DNA from: a bacterium
Lineage (GTDB): Archaea; Thermoplasmatota; E2; JACPAO01; JAHFTW01
Length of the DNA stretch: 64,000 bases
Reading direction: 5' to 3'
NCBI GenBank assembly: GCA_040390065.1
Contig: JAZJZE010000009.1
Coordinates: 544,713-608,712 of the forward strand
Every line of letters starts with the position of its first letter. Positions within the stretch are counted from its first letter, which is position 1. Shown here in pieces: positions 30,159-38,418 of this stretch. Both the position numbers and the translations under genes were made by a program. The notes under the pieces are model-generated. The model was not told the DNA's origin and made no database searches. It saw only the letters and a program-made list of their open reading frames with translations.

Positions 30159-30580
30159 GTCCAAGCCAACGAGCCATTCCCGTCGTCCTCCGACGGCGGC
30201 GACGTCGTGAAGGAATGGCAGGAGACTGGGGCGACGCCCGGTCAACCGACGCAACGGACGCAACCGACACCGACGAGCCCCCGGCCGGGGCGAGCGACTG
30301 CGCCGCGAAGCGCGCAGAGCGAGGGCGTGGCAAGCCGCGAGGCGAAGCCGCGGCGAGGGCCGCCGGGGGCCTGGGATTCATCTTGCTTGCAGGGCGTCGC
30401 TGAGTGTGGGAGGCCTCGGAAAACAGTGAACCACCCGAAACCAGGGAAACCCATGTCGTGTCTCCTGCCCTTTCATGTGGTTCACTGTTTTTCCAGGCTG
30501 CCCACACCCCACTATGCGGCCACCTCGTGCAAGTCGCCGGCGCCGCAGGATGATGTGGCCGGGAGGTGGTTGGTTTCGAC
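30159..30580 (+). repeat. Dispersed structured repeat family B, copy 2
   Basis: Ends GTCCAAGCCAAC ... GTTGGTTTCGAC (imperfect 12-bp inverted repeat); long hairpin at ~30404-30507; homolog of 23741-24124. Confidence 0.85.
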
Positions 30581-30709
30581 CGACGGCTTCGGCGTCCCAA
30601 CGCCCAGCCGGCCGAGGCTCCCCCTCCACCCGAAGCAAGTCTTATCCAACCGGCTGCAAAGGAAGCACAGGAAGCGTGCAGCCGGGGCCGCACCCGTAGC
30701 GAGCTTTCC

Positions 30710-30726
30710 GGAAAATGCCCTTAATC
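30710..30726 (+). promoter_or_regulatory. Putative archaeal BRE/TATA promoter for the large ncRNA
   Basis: Purine run GGAAAA then CCTTAATC about 20-25 bp upstream of the structured region; same TTAA-core boxes precede pcn, aspS and dedA. Confidence 0.6.
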
Positions 30727-30743
30727 CCCCGCCCATTCAGGGT

Positions 30744-31556
30744 GTTTGCCCGCGCAAGCGGGTAACGGTCATCGCGGTGGGAGGGGCTGGAAACGGCCTC
30801 CCCGACGCCCGAGGGTTCGGAGCAATCCGGATCCGCGGGCGCGCCGGGACCGGCGGGGTGCACTTCGGTGTTCTCCCCCGTCGGCGACGGCACTCGGCGT
30901 CCCGCAAGGGACGTCGCGGCACTGCGATGGATGGGCCGCCTTCGGGTGGTCCTTCGCCGTGCACCAACCGCACCATCGTCCTCCCTCGTGGAAGGCGGTG
31001 ATGGGATCCAGTCGGGAAACCGGCCGGAGAACGACGCGCTTTGCAAGAAGCGTGATGCGGTGGATCGTCTGGCATTCGGGTCAGGCTGTTCTTCTGGCCG
31101 CAAGGTCGGGCCCCGCGGACTTGTTCCGTGGACGCCTCGGGTCATCATCCGGGAAGATGCATGGGACTCTGCATCCGCCCCACACCAAACCAGGCATGCG
31201 TCTGAAGAGTTGCAGGCTTTCGGCAACGACGCGCTGCACGGCAAACCGCAAGGCAAGCCGACGGCATGACCTGATCCAAACGGGATTGCCCTTCGGGGCA
31301 AGCGGCCCGCCACTTCGGAAACGAAGAAGGGCCTAGGCGACCGAGTACGGTCCCGGAATGGATGCCGCCGACCCTCCGGGGAAGGCGACCGCGCATCGCA
31401 AGGTTCGCGGGGAACGGCAACCCGCAAGGGTGGCCGTGGCGTGGCGCCGCAAGGCGTCGGAACTGGCTTCGGCCAGACTGGCAGGGGGTCCGGGCAAGGT
31501 CAAGCCCGATCCGGGAAACCGCAAGGCGACCCGGGTCTCCGCTTGCGTGGGCAACC
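30744..31556 (+). ncRNA. Candidate large (~810 nt) highly structured non-coding RNA, family unknown
   Basis: 5' 30746-30761 pairs with 3' 31539-31554; 10 GCAA, 3 GAAA and 4 UUCG tetraloop hairpins on the + strand; many G-U pairs; no credible ORF. Confidence 0.85.
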
Positions 31557-31566
31557 TCTTCTCTCT
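31557..31566 (+). terminator. Pyrimidine tract, putative archaeal terminator
   Basis: TCTTCTCTCT directly after the closing stem, convergent with the stop codon at 31565-31567. Confidence 0.5.
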
Positions 31567-32758
31567 AGGCCGCGGCCATTCGGTAGACCGCGCCGCCGTG
31601 GTCGACGACGTAGATGTCGCGCTGGGCGTCTTCGCCGAACGAGCTGACCTGCAGAGCCGTTTCGAGCACGACGCGCGGCGTCCAGGTCGTGCCGGCTTTC
31701 GTCAAGGCCCAGATTGTTCCCGAGCAGTAGTCGGCGTACAGATACGCGCCGGCGAGGGCCGGCACCGTCGAACCACGGTACACGTACCCGCCCGTGATAG
31801 AGCAGCGCCCGCCGTCGTGACTGTACTCGGCGACCGGCAGGACCGCGCTCGACGCGTCGACGTCGTCGCGGAATGGATGCGCGCCCTCGAATGCGTTCCA
31901 GCCGTAGTTGGTGCCGCCGCGGCCGGGCTGTTCCAGGTCGACTTCCTCCCATTGGTTCTGGCCGACGTCGCCAATCCACAAGTCGCCGGTCTGCGCGTCG
32001 AAGCTGAAGCGCCAAGGATTGCGCATGCCGTAATCCCAGATCTCACCGCGGCCCCCGCCGTTGGCAAACGGATTGTCGCTGGGGATACGCGGCACGGTTC
32101 CCGCATGGGCGTCGCCCGGTGGCCCGATGTCAATGCGCAGGATTTTTCCCAGAAGCGTGTCGAGGTCCTGGCCGTTGCCTTGCGGGTCGCCCCCGGATCC
32201 GCCGTCGCCCATGCCGACGTAGAGCATGCCGTCCGGTCCAAAGGCGACCATGCCGCCGTTGTGGTTGGCGTACGGCTGCGCGATGGACAGGAGTGTGCGC
32301 GTCTTCACGGGGCCGACCGTCCCGCCAGCGAGCCCCCCGACCATCTGGTACTCGACCACCTGAGTGTCGCCGCGCAAGTCGGTGTAGTCCACGACGAAGC
32401 GAGCATCGCCGGTTGCGAAACGTGGATGGAAGGCAAGACCCAGCAGACCCTGCTCGGCGCCGCCGCTCACTTGTCCCCGCAAGTCCAGGAAGTGCTGCGT
32501 CGCGCCGGGCGTGGCACGCGGCATCGAGACGACGAGGCCGTCCTGCTGGACGATGTAGAGCGTCCCGGACCCGGGGGCTTCCGTGACGAAGAGGGGCTGC
32601 GAGAGTCCGTCGATGATTTGGACGAGCTTCATGACGGGGCCGCCGCCTGGGAGGGACGACGTGGGAGTGGACGAGGACGCCGCGCCGCCGCTCGACCCGT
32701 ACGGGCCGCCGTTGCATCCCGCGAGGGCGACCGCTGCCAGGACGACGAGGACGCGCAC
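31565..32758 (-). CDS. PQQ-dependent sugar dehydrogenase (GSDH family) lipoprotein
   Basis: Lipobox LAGC; EQGLLGLAFHP, NHNGG.V.FGPDG.LY, GMRNPWRFSFD and NYGW motifs. Confidence 0.93.
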   Translation of the reverse strand: MRVLVVLAAVALAGCNGGPYGSSGGAASSSTPTSSLPGGGPVMKLVQIIDGLSQPLFVTEAPGSGTLYIVQQDGLVVSMPRATPGATQHFLDLRGQVSGGAEQGLLGLAFHPRFATGDARFVVDYTDLRGDTQVVEYQMVGGLAGGTVGPVKTRTLLSIAQPYANHNGGMVAFGPDGMLYVGMGDGGSGGDPQGNGQDLDTLLGKILRIDIGPPGDAHAGTVPRIPSDNPFANGGGRGEIWDYGMRNPWRFSFDAQTGDLWIGDVGQNQWEEVDLEQPGRGGTNYGWNAFEGAHPFRDDVDASSAVLPVAEYSHDGGRCSITGGYVYRGSTVPALAGAYLYADYCSGTIWALTKAGTTWTPRVVLETALQVSSFGEDAQRDIYVVDHGGAVYRMAAA

Positions 32759-32794
32759 GACGGCGCAGCGATCGACGCGGGTTTGGCCCTTGCG

Positions 32795-33017
32795 GCTCGG
32801 CCCCACAGCCCTACGAAATCGTCACGGTGCCATGCATTCCCGCATCGAAGTGCCCGGTGATGTTGCACGCACGAGGGGGGCTGCCGCTGCGGCGTCCGCC
32901 GCAGCTCCGCCCCCTTCGAACCCCCCGCGTGGGGCCTCGCCGCGCTCGGCCCCACAGCCCTACGAAATCGTCACGGTGCCGTGCATGCCCGCATCGAAGT
33001 GCCCGGTGATGTTGCAC
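32795..33017. repeat. 74-bp direct duplication of the coxB 3' end flanking a 75-bp palindromic spacer
   Basis: 32795-32868 matches 32944-33017 with 2 mismatches. Confidence 0.92.
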
Positions 33018-34336
33018 CACATCTCCCAGTTGCCCTTCATGTCCGCCGTGGGCACGAAGAGGAATGAGCCGGTCGAGCCGCCCGCAATCGTCGCCGAGCT
33101 GGCAAGCACGTTGCCGCCGTGGGTGCCGATGTACAGGTTGTGCGGAATCGTGTGCACGTCCTTCAGGGTCACGAGGTACGTCTTGCCGACCGTGAAGTCA
33201 ACGTGGTCCGGGATGAGACGGAACTCGCCCAGGCGGACCTCGGTGAGTTCCGCGTGGACGATGTTGAACGTGACGTGCGCCACATGGCCCGCGGACTGGA
33301 CGCCTAGGACGGGCGAGCCCGATGGTGGAACGTCGACCGCGAAGAACGCTTGGCCACCTGCAGGCACGCTGTTTGGACCGGCACCTGCCAGAGTAGCCGA
33401 CGGGAACGGCTGGTCGTTCCACGTGATGTTGGCCGGCTGGGCCGTCGGGTTCGTCACGTTCAGGATGATGCGCGCGCCACTCACCACCGTCTGGTCGCCC
33501 GTCAAGGAAAGGCCGGTAGCCGTGATCGTGGCGTCGTAGTCCATGACGACGGAGGCGGCGGGCTCCATGGCCTGCAGCTGGTGGTGCAGAAGCCACATGT
33601 CGTACATGGGACGCGGCACCGACTTGATGGCGGCGTGCATGTAGGCGTGGCCCGGATTGAGGCACATCTTGTTGCACTGCACCAGGTAGTCGCCCTCGGG
33701 GAGGCTTACCGTTTGATCGTTGTACTTGTTCGCCCCAAGCGGGTTGGCGTCGACGAACATGACGTAGGCGCGGTTGGCGTCCAGCACTTGCCAGGCGTGG
33801 ATGACGTCTGCCGACGTGATGTTGAATCGGATGGGCTCGTCCCGCGGCACCCAGAACGTGTTGGCCGCAGACACCGGGCCGCCCGTGAGGTCGGCCGGGG
33901 ATTCGACGCGCACGTTGTGGCCGTAGTCCGCCTCCCAGTTCCATTGGCTGGCCGTGATGCGGATCTCGATGTGCACGTCCTTCGGGTCGATGCCGTGGTC
34001 GAGCTGGACGAGGCCGCCATAGGCCGCGTAGCCGATCCACAGCACCATGATGAGAGGGATGACGACCCAGGTGATCTCTGCATTCAAGTTGTGGCGCTCC
34101 TTCTCATGCGTCGCGCGGCCGTGGCCCGACCCTTCGCGGAACCGCACGATGACGACGACGAGCCACACGAAGACGATGGTGAAGACGATCGTGCCAAGCA
34201 GCGCGATGGTGTTGTACAGGCCCTCGACGAGCTGGCCGCGCGAGGTCAAGGCATGGGGCATGCCGAAGCCGGCCGACGCCGGCGCCGCCAGGAAGGCCAC
34301 AAGGAGACTCAGGAGGGCGGGGAAAAGCTTGCGCAT
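32960..34336 (-). CDS. coxB: Heme-copper oxidase subunit II with fused C-terminal cupredoxin domain(s)
   Basis: Two TM segments, QWNW, SADVIH, CuA-like CNKMCLNPGHAYM; C-terminal PHNL...CNITGHFDAGM type-1 copper motif. Confidence 0.9.
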   Translation of the reverse strand: MRKLFPALLSLLVAFLAAPASAGFGMPHALTSRGQLVEGLYNTIALLGTIVFTIVFVWLVVVIVRFREGSGHGRATHEKERHNLNAEITWVVIPLIMVLWIGYAAYGGLVQLDHGIDPKDVHIEIRITASQWNWEADYGHNVRVESPADLTGGPVSAANTFWVPRDEPIRFNITSADVIHAWQVLDANRAYVMFVDANPLGANKYNDQTVSLPEGDYLVQCNKMCLNPGHAYMHAAIKSVPRPMYDMWLLHHQLQAMEPAASVVMDYDATITATGLSLTGDQTVVSGARIILNVTNPTAQPANITWNDQPFPSATLAGAGPNSVPAGGQAFFAVDVPPSGSPVLGVQSAGHVAHVTFNIVHAELTEVRLGEFRLIPDHVDFTVGKTYLVTLKDVHTIPHNLYIGTHGGNVLASSATIAGGSTGSFLFVPTADMKGNWEMWCNITGHFDAGMHGTVTIS

Positions 34337-34457
34337 GGCGCTTCGGGCGGCGCACGGGAGGGGGGTCCAAAAGCGTATGGTTCACTGCGCGCACGCCTGC
34401 GGCACTGCCGGGGAGTCAACACCGTTTTGAAGGTGTCCTGTGTCGCGGCACCCGACC

Positions 34458-36110
34458 ATGTCCGCGGCCCAGTTCGTCCTCGGTGAATCCAGCCACCCCC
34501 GCAAGGGCCTGAAGCGCTGGCTGACGACCACGGACCACAAGGAAATCGGCATCATGTACCTCTGGGCCGGTTTCATCTTCTTCATCCTGGGCGGCATCGC
34601 GGCTCTCCTCATGCGCCTCGAGCTCTACCAGCCGGGGCTGCAGTACGTGACGGGCCAGCAGTTCAACGAGCTGTTCTCGCTGCACGGCACGACGATGGTG
34701 TTCTTGTGGATCATGCCGGCCCTGGCGGGGCTTGGCAACTACTTCGTGCCCATCATGATCAAGGCCAAGGACATGGCCTTCCCGCGCGTCAACGCCCTGT
34801 CGTTCTGGCTCATCCCGCCCGCCGGCCTGCTGCTGTACATCCCGCTGGTCCTCAAGGGCGTGGACTTCGTCAACGTCACGTGGGTCGGCTACCCGCCGCT
34901 CTCGACGGACCTCCCCGGCGTCGGCCTCGACATGTGGCTCTTCGCCCTCATCCTTCTCGGCATGGCCTCGACGATGGGCTCCGTCAACTTCCTGGTCACC
35001 ATCTTCAAGATGCGCGGCCCCGGCGTGACACTGCACAACATGCCGCTCTTCGTCTGGGCGCAACTGGCGACATCGGTCCTGCTCGTCTTCTCGCTTCCCG
35101 TCGTCACCGTCGCCTTCGGCATGCTCCTCATGGACCGCGACTTCGGCACGCACTTCTTCAGCGGTGTTGCCTCGGGCGCCGAGCCGATCCTCTACCAGCA
35201 CCTGTTCTGGTTCTTCGGCCACCCCGAAGTGTATGTTCTCATCATTCCGCTGATGGGTGTGGTGAACGAGGTCATCCCGAAGTTCAGTCGCCGCCCCGTC
35301 TTCGGCTACACGTCGATGGCCTACGCCATGCTGGGCATCGCCATCGTCGGATTCCTCGTCTGGGCCCACCACATGTTCACGACCGGCATCAACCCGACCG
35401 TGCGCGCCGTCTTCATGTTCAACACAATGCTGGTCGGCGTGCCGACAGGCATCAAGGTGTTCAACTGGCTCACGACCATGTGGGGCGGCCAGATTAGCTT
35501 GCGCGCTCCCATGAAGTACTGCCTGGGTTTCATCTGGCTGTTCGTGATCGGCGGCATCACGGGCGTCATGCTCGGCGCGATTCCCGTCGACTACGCCCTG
35601 CACGACTCGTACTTCGTCGTGGCGCACTTCCACTACACCATGGTGGGCGGCGCCGTCTTCGGCATCTTCGCGGGAATCTACTACTGGTTCCCCATCCTCA
35701 CGAACGGCCGGATGTACAACGAGCGCATGGCCAATTGGCACTTCTGGCTCATGTTCATCGGCTTCAACATGACATTCTTCCCGCAGTTCCTGCTCGGCCT
35801 CAACGGCATGCCGCGGCGTGTCGTGAACTACGACGATGTCGGCGACATGGTTCCGCTCAACCAGATCAGCACCATCGGGGCGTTCATGATCGGCCTCTCG
35901 GTCCTGATCTTCATCGTGAACTACTTCTACAGCATGGCGAAGAACGTCCGCGTCACCACGGATCCGTGGGGGGGCGCGCGCCACATCGAGTGGAAACTGT
36001 GGGAGGAGGGCCGCGTCGTTCTAGGCCAGGGCCTCATCACGGACCACGAGCCTGAGCCGCTTGCAGTGCAAGAGGCTCGCAAGGTCGCCCGCTTGGAGGC
36101 GCCGCTATGA
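34458..36110 (+). CDS. coxA: Heme-copper oxidase subunit I (A1 type)
   Basis: TTDHKEIG, WFFGHPEVY, VWAHHMF and HDSYFVVAHFHY motifs. Confidence 0.97.
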   Translation: MSAAQFVLGESSHPRKGLKRWLTTTDHKEIGIMYLWAGFIFFILGGIAALLMRLELYQPGLQYVTGQQFNELFSLHGTTMVFLWIMPALAGLGNYFVPIMIKAKDMAFPRVNALSFWLIPPAGLLLYIPLVLKGVDFVNVTWVGYPPLSTDLPGVGLDMWLFALILLGMASTMGSVNFLVTIFKMRGPGVTLHNMPLFVWAQLATSVLLVFSLPVVTVAFGMLLMDRDFGTHFFSGVASGAEPILYQHLFWFFGHPEVYVLIIPLMGVVNEVIPKFSRRPVFGYTSMAYAMLGIAIVGFLVWAHHMFTTGINPTVRAVFMFNTMLVGVPTGIKVFNWLTTMWGGQISLRAPMKYCLGFIWLFVIGGITGVMLGAIPVDYALHDSYFVVAHFHYTMVGGAVFGIFAGIYYWFPILTNGRMYNERMANWHFWLMFIGFNMTFFPQFLLGLNGMPRRVVNYDDVGDMVPLNQISTIGAFMIGLSVLIFIVNYFYSMAKNVRVTTDPWGGARHIEWKLWEEGRVVLGQGLITDHEPEPLAVQEARKVARLEAPL

Positions 36111-37078
36111 GCAGCGTTCGCGCCGGCATGGACATCGGGAAGGACGGCGCCGCCCTCGCAGCCGCCATCGACGCCCGCGGCCAGGCTGCGCACCCCAACG
36201 ACGACCACGCCATGCACCTGCCGCACGGCTCATGGTGGCCGTTCTGGCTGGCCCTCAGCATCTTCCTCCTTGGACTCGGCATCATGGCCGTCGGGCAGGG
36301 GCTGCACATGACGCCCGCCGACGGCGCCGCCGCCGTGGCCGAGCACCGCATCCTCCACCCGTCGATGCCCAGCATGTTCGCCCTGGCCGTCCTCGGCCTC
36401 GGACTGTTGGCCGTCGTCGGCAGCCTGGTCGGCTGGTTCGTCCAGGACTACCACTGGTGGGACAGCAAGACGGGCACCGGCACGACCATCCCGCGCGCCG
36501 GCACGCTCCTCTTCATCAGCTCCGAAGTCTTCCTCTTCGGCGCGCTGTTTGCCAACTACTTCACGTTCAAGGCGTCGCACCCGACGTTCTGGCCCGACAT
36601 CACGACGGAAGGCGGCGAAGCGTTCTCGCTGCCGGTCCTGAAGACGTTCATCTTCAGCATCTTCCTGTTCTCGTCGTCGTACACCGTCCACCAAGCCGAG
36701 AAGCACTTGCTTGCCGGCCGCCACCGCAAATTCGTCAACTGGTGGGGCCTCACCATCCTGCTCGGCCTCGTGTTCCTGGGCGGCCAGGTCAACGAATACA
36801 TGAACCTCATCCGCGAAGGCCACACCCTGGGCTCGTCGCAGTTCATGACCGCATTCTTCATCCTGACCGGCACGCACGGCCTGCACGTCTTCGGCGGACT
36901 GTGCATCCTCACCGTCATGTGGGTGCGCGCCATGAAGGGCCAGTTCTCCAGCGAACGCCACGCGGGCCCGCAAGTCGCGGCCATGTACTGGCACTTCGTC
37001 GACCTGGTCTGGGTGTTCGTCTTCGGCATCATCTACCTGCTGAACGTGCACGACTGGAGCAAGGTGCTGTCCTTCTAG
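36107..37078 (+). CDS. coxC: Heme-copper oxidase subunit III
   Basis: FISSEVFLFGALF, TGTHGLHV and YWHFVDLVW motifs. Confidence 0.95.
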   Translation: MSSVRAGMDIGKDGAALAAAIDARGQAAHPNDDHAMHLPHGSWWPFWLALSIFLLGLGIMAVGQGLHMTPADGAAAVAEHRILHPSMPSMFALAVLGLGLLAVVGSLVGWFVQDYHWWDSKTGTGTTIPRAGTLLFISSEVFLFGALFANYFTFKASHPTFWPDITTEGGEAFSLPVLKTFIFSIFLFSSSYTVHQAEKHLLAGRHRKFVNWWGLTILLGLVFLGGQVNEYMNLIREGHTLGSSQFMTAFFILTGTHGLHVFGGLCILTVMWVRAMKGQFSSERHAGPQVAAMYWHFVDLVWVFVFGIIYLLNVHDWSKVLSF

Positions 37079-37080
37079 CC

Positions 37081-37293
37081 ATGAGCGAACGCGCCAAAGT
37101 CACGAACCTCATCCGCTGTATCGCGGTCTTCGTCTCGATCCCCACGATCACCATCGGACTCGTCCTCTACCTGTACGACCCGGCCGCCCACGCGTACCAC
37201 ATGGCGGCGTTCCTGGTCCTCGGCGCCGTCTCGCTCGTCGTCGTGGCCGTGGCGCCAAGACTCGCGGCGCGCTGGGTGCCAGAGGATGCCTAG
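37081..37293 (+). CDS. Small 2-TM protein (possible oxidase accessory subunit)
   Basis: ATG two bases after the coxC stop; two hydrophobic segments. Confidence 0.6.
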   Translation: MSERAKVTNLIRCIAVFVSIPTITIGLVLYLYDPAAHAYHMAAFLVLGAVSLVVVAVAPRLAARWVPEDA

Positions 37294-38339
37294 CGCCTTG
37301 CCTCCTTGACGCCATCCACCCAAATTGTGGCGGCAAGCTTTGGCCCACTCGGGCCCACGAGTCCCCAGTGCCTCTCGGCTTCACCGAAGTGTTCGGCAGT
37401 GCTGCTGTCCGGAGTGTCCAGCCACGAACGGTAGAGGATGGCCGTCACGTTGAGGTCGCGTAGCTCGTCGAGTCCCCTGAAGAAGCCTTCGAGGCCGAGG
37501 GCTTGCGCCATGTCGGCGCCCGGGTAGCTGGACATGCCGACGTCCTGGATCAAGACGGGTTTGCTAAACAGCCGCCGCAGGTCCTGGACGGCGGACTTCG
37601 TCGATTCGAAGACGCCGTTGTAGTCGTCGCGGCCGTTCGTCGCACGTCCGCCAAGAGCCTGGACGCCCACCCAGTCGCTTGCCGCAGCCGCGCGGTCCCA
37701 CGTCGACCACGCGGCCCGGTTCCAGTTGCCGAAAGCCAGGACCACGGTGGCTTGTGGATACGCGGCATGCAGGTAGTCCGCCTTCTCGGCCAGGTACCCA
37801 TCCAGCGGCTCGTAGGTCGCGACGGAGCCCTTGTTGAACTCGGTTTCCAGGATGACGAGAGCCGGCTTGCCGTGCAGGTGTTTGTTCATCGTCTCGGCGA
37901 GCGCCACGGCAAGGCGTTGCCAGCCCGCCTGGTCCTTCGCGAGGCCATGCGTGGGCGATGTGCAGCCATTCTCCAGGCACGACACGGACATGTCGTCGCC
38001 CCAGTAGTAGAAGTGGATGGCCGGTGTGACGTTGTTGGCGTACAGGTCGTCGAGGATGCGGTTCGGATCACGCCACCCGTGCGCGAGGTTCCACGGGCCG
38101 ATCCACAGCGTCGCGTAGTCGGGTCGCGCTCCTGCCTCCGCCTGCAGTCGCCACGTCGGCGCGTCCATGCCGAAGCGGATGGGCGGGTCGGGGACCGGCG
38201 GTCGCGCTGCGTGGGCGACGGGCTGCACGTCGGGCGCCGCGTGAAACACGGCCACGGAGAAACCCGCAATGACAAGCAGCGTCGCGACGGCGACGAGGGC
38301 GAGTCTGGCGTCCATGCCAAGGAAGGGTCTTGCCGCCAT
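37290..38339 (-). CDS. Secreted glycoside-hydrolase-like (TIM barrel) protein
   Basis: N-terminal TM; ILETEFN and KPVLIQDVG motifs resemble clan GH-A; assignment tentative. Confidence 0.6.
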   Translation of the reverse strand: MAARPFLGMDARLALVAVATLLVIAGFSVAVFHAAPDVQPVAHAARPPVPDPPIRFGMDAPTWRLQAEAGARPDYATLWIGPWNLAHGWRDPNRILDDLYANNVTPAIHFYYWGDDMSVSCLENGCTSPTHGLAKDQAGWQRLAVALAETMNKHLHGKPALVILETEFNKGSVATYEPLDGYLAEKADYLHAAYPQATVVLAFGNWNRAAWSTWDRAAAASDWVGVQALGGRATNGRDDYNGVFESTKSAVQDLRRLFSKPVLIQDVGMSSYPGADMAQALGLEGFFRGLDELRDLNVTAILYRSWLDTPDSSTAEHFGEAERHWGLVGPSGPKLAATIWVDGVKEARR

Positions 38340-38418
38340 CGCTTTTCCTCTTTTGCGAACGGGGCGCGGGGCGTCAAGGTTGCGACGCGCCTGTCCCTGC
38401 CGCGACGGGCCTTGTCCC

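Noticed and set aside
30642-31554. ORFs overlapping the structured region (30642-31427 -, 30746-31336 +, 30868-31269 + and others)
   Set aside because: Arg/Pro/Gly-rich translations with no motifs and no host codon bias; expected by chance at high GC.
30744-31556. RNase P RNA, SRP RNA, rRNA fragment or group I/II intron as the identity of the structured region
   Set aside because: I could not find GAGGAAAGUCC or the 3' ACAGAA...GGCUUA of RNase P, the SRP helix-8 motif, rRNA signatures or group II domain V, and there are no interrupted exons. An Rfam scan is still needed.
32795-33017. Diversity-generating retroelement TR/VR pair at the coxB 3' end
   Set aside because: Only two mismatches, both synonymous and not consistently at adenines; no reverse transcriptase in the window.
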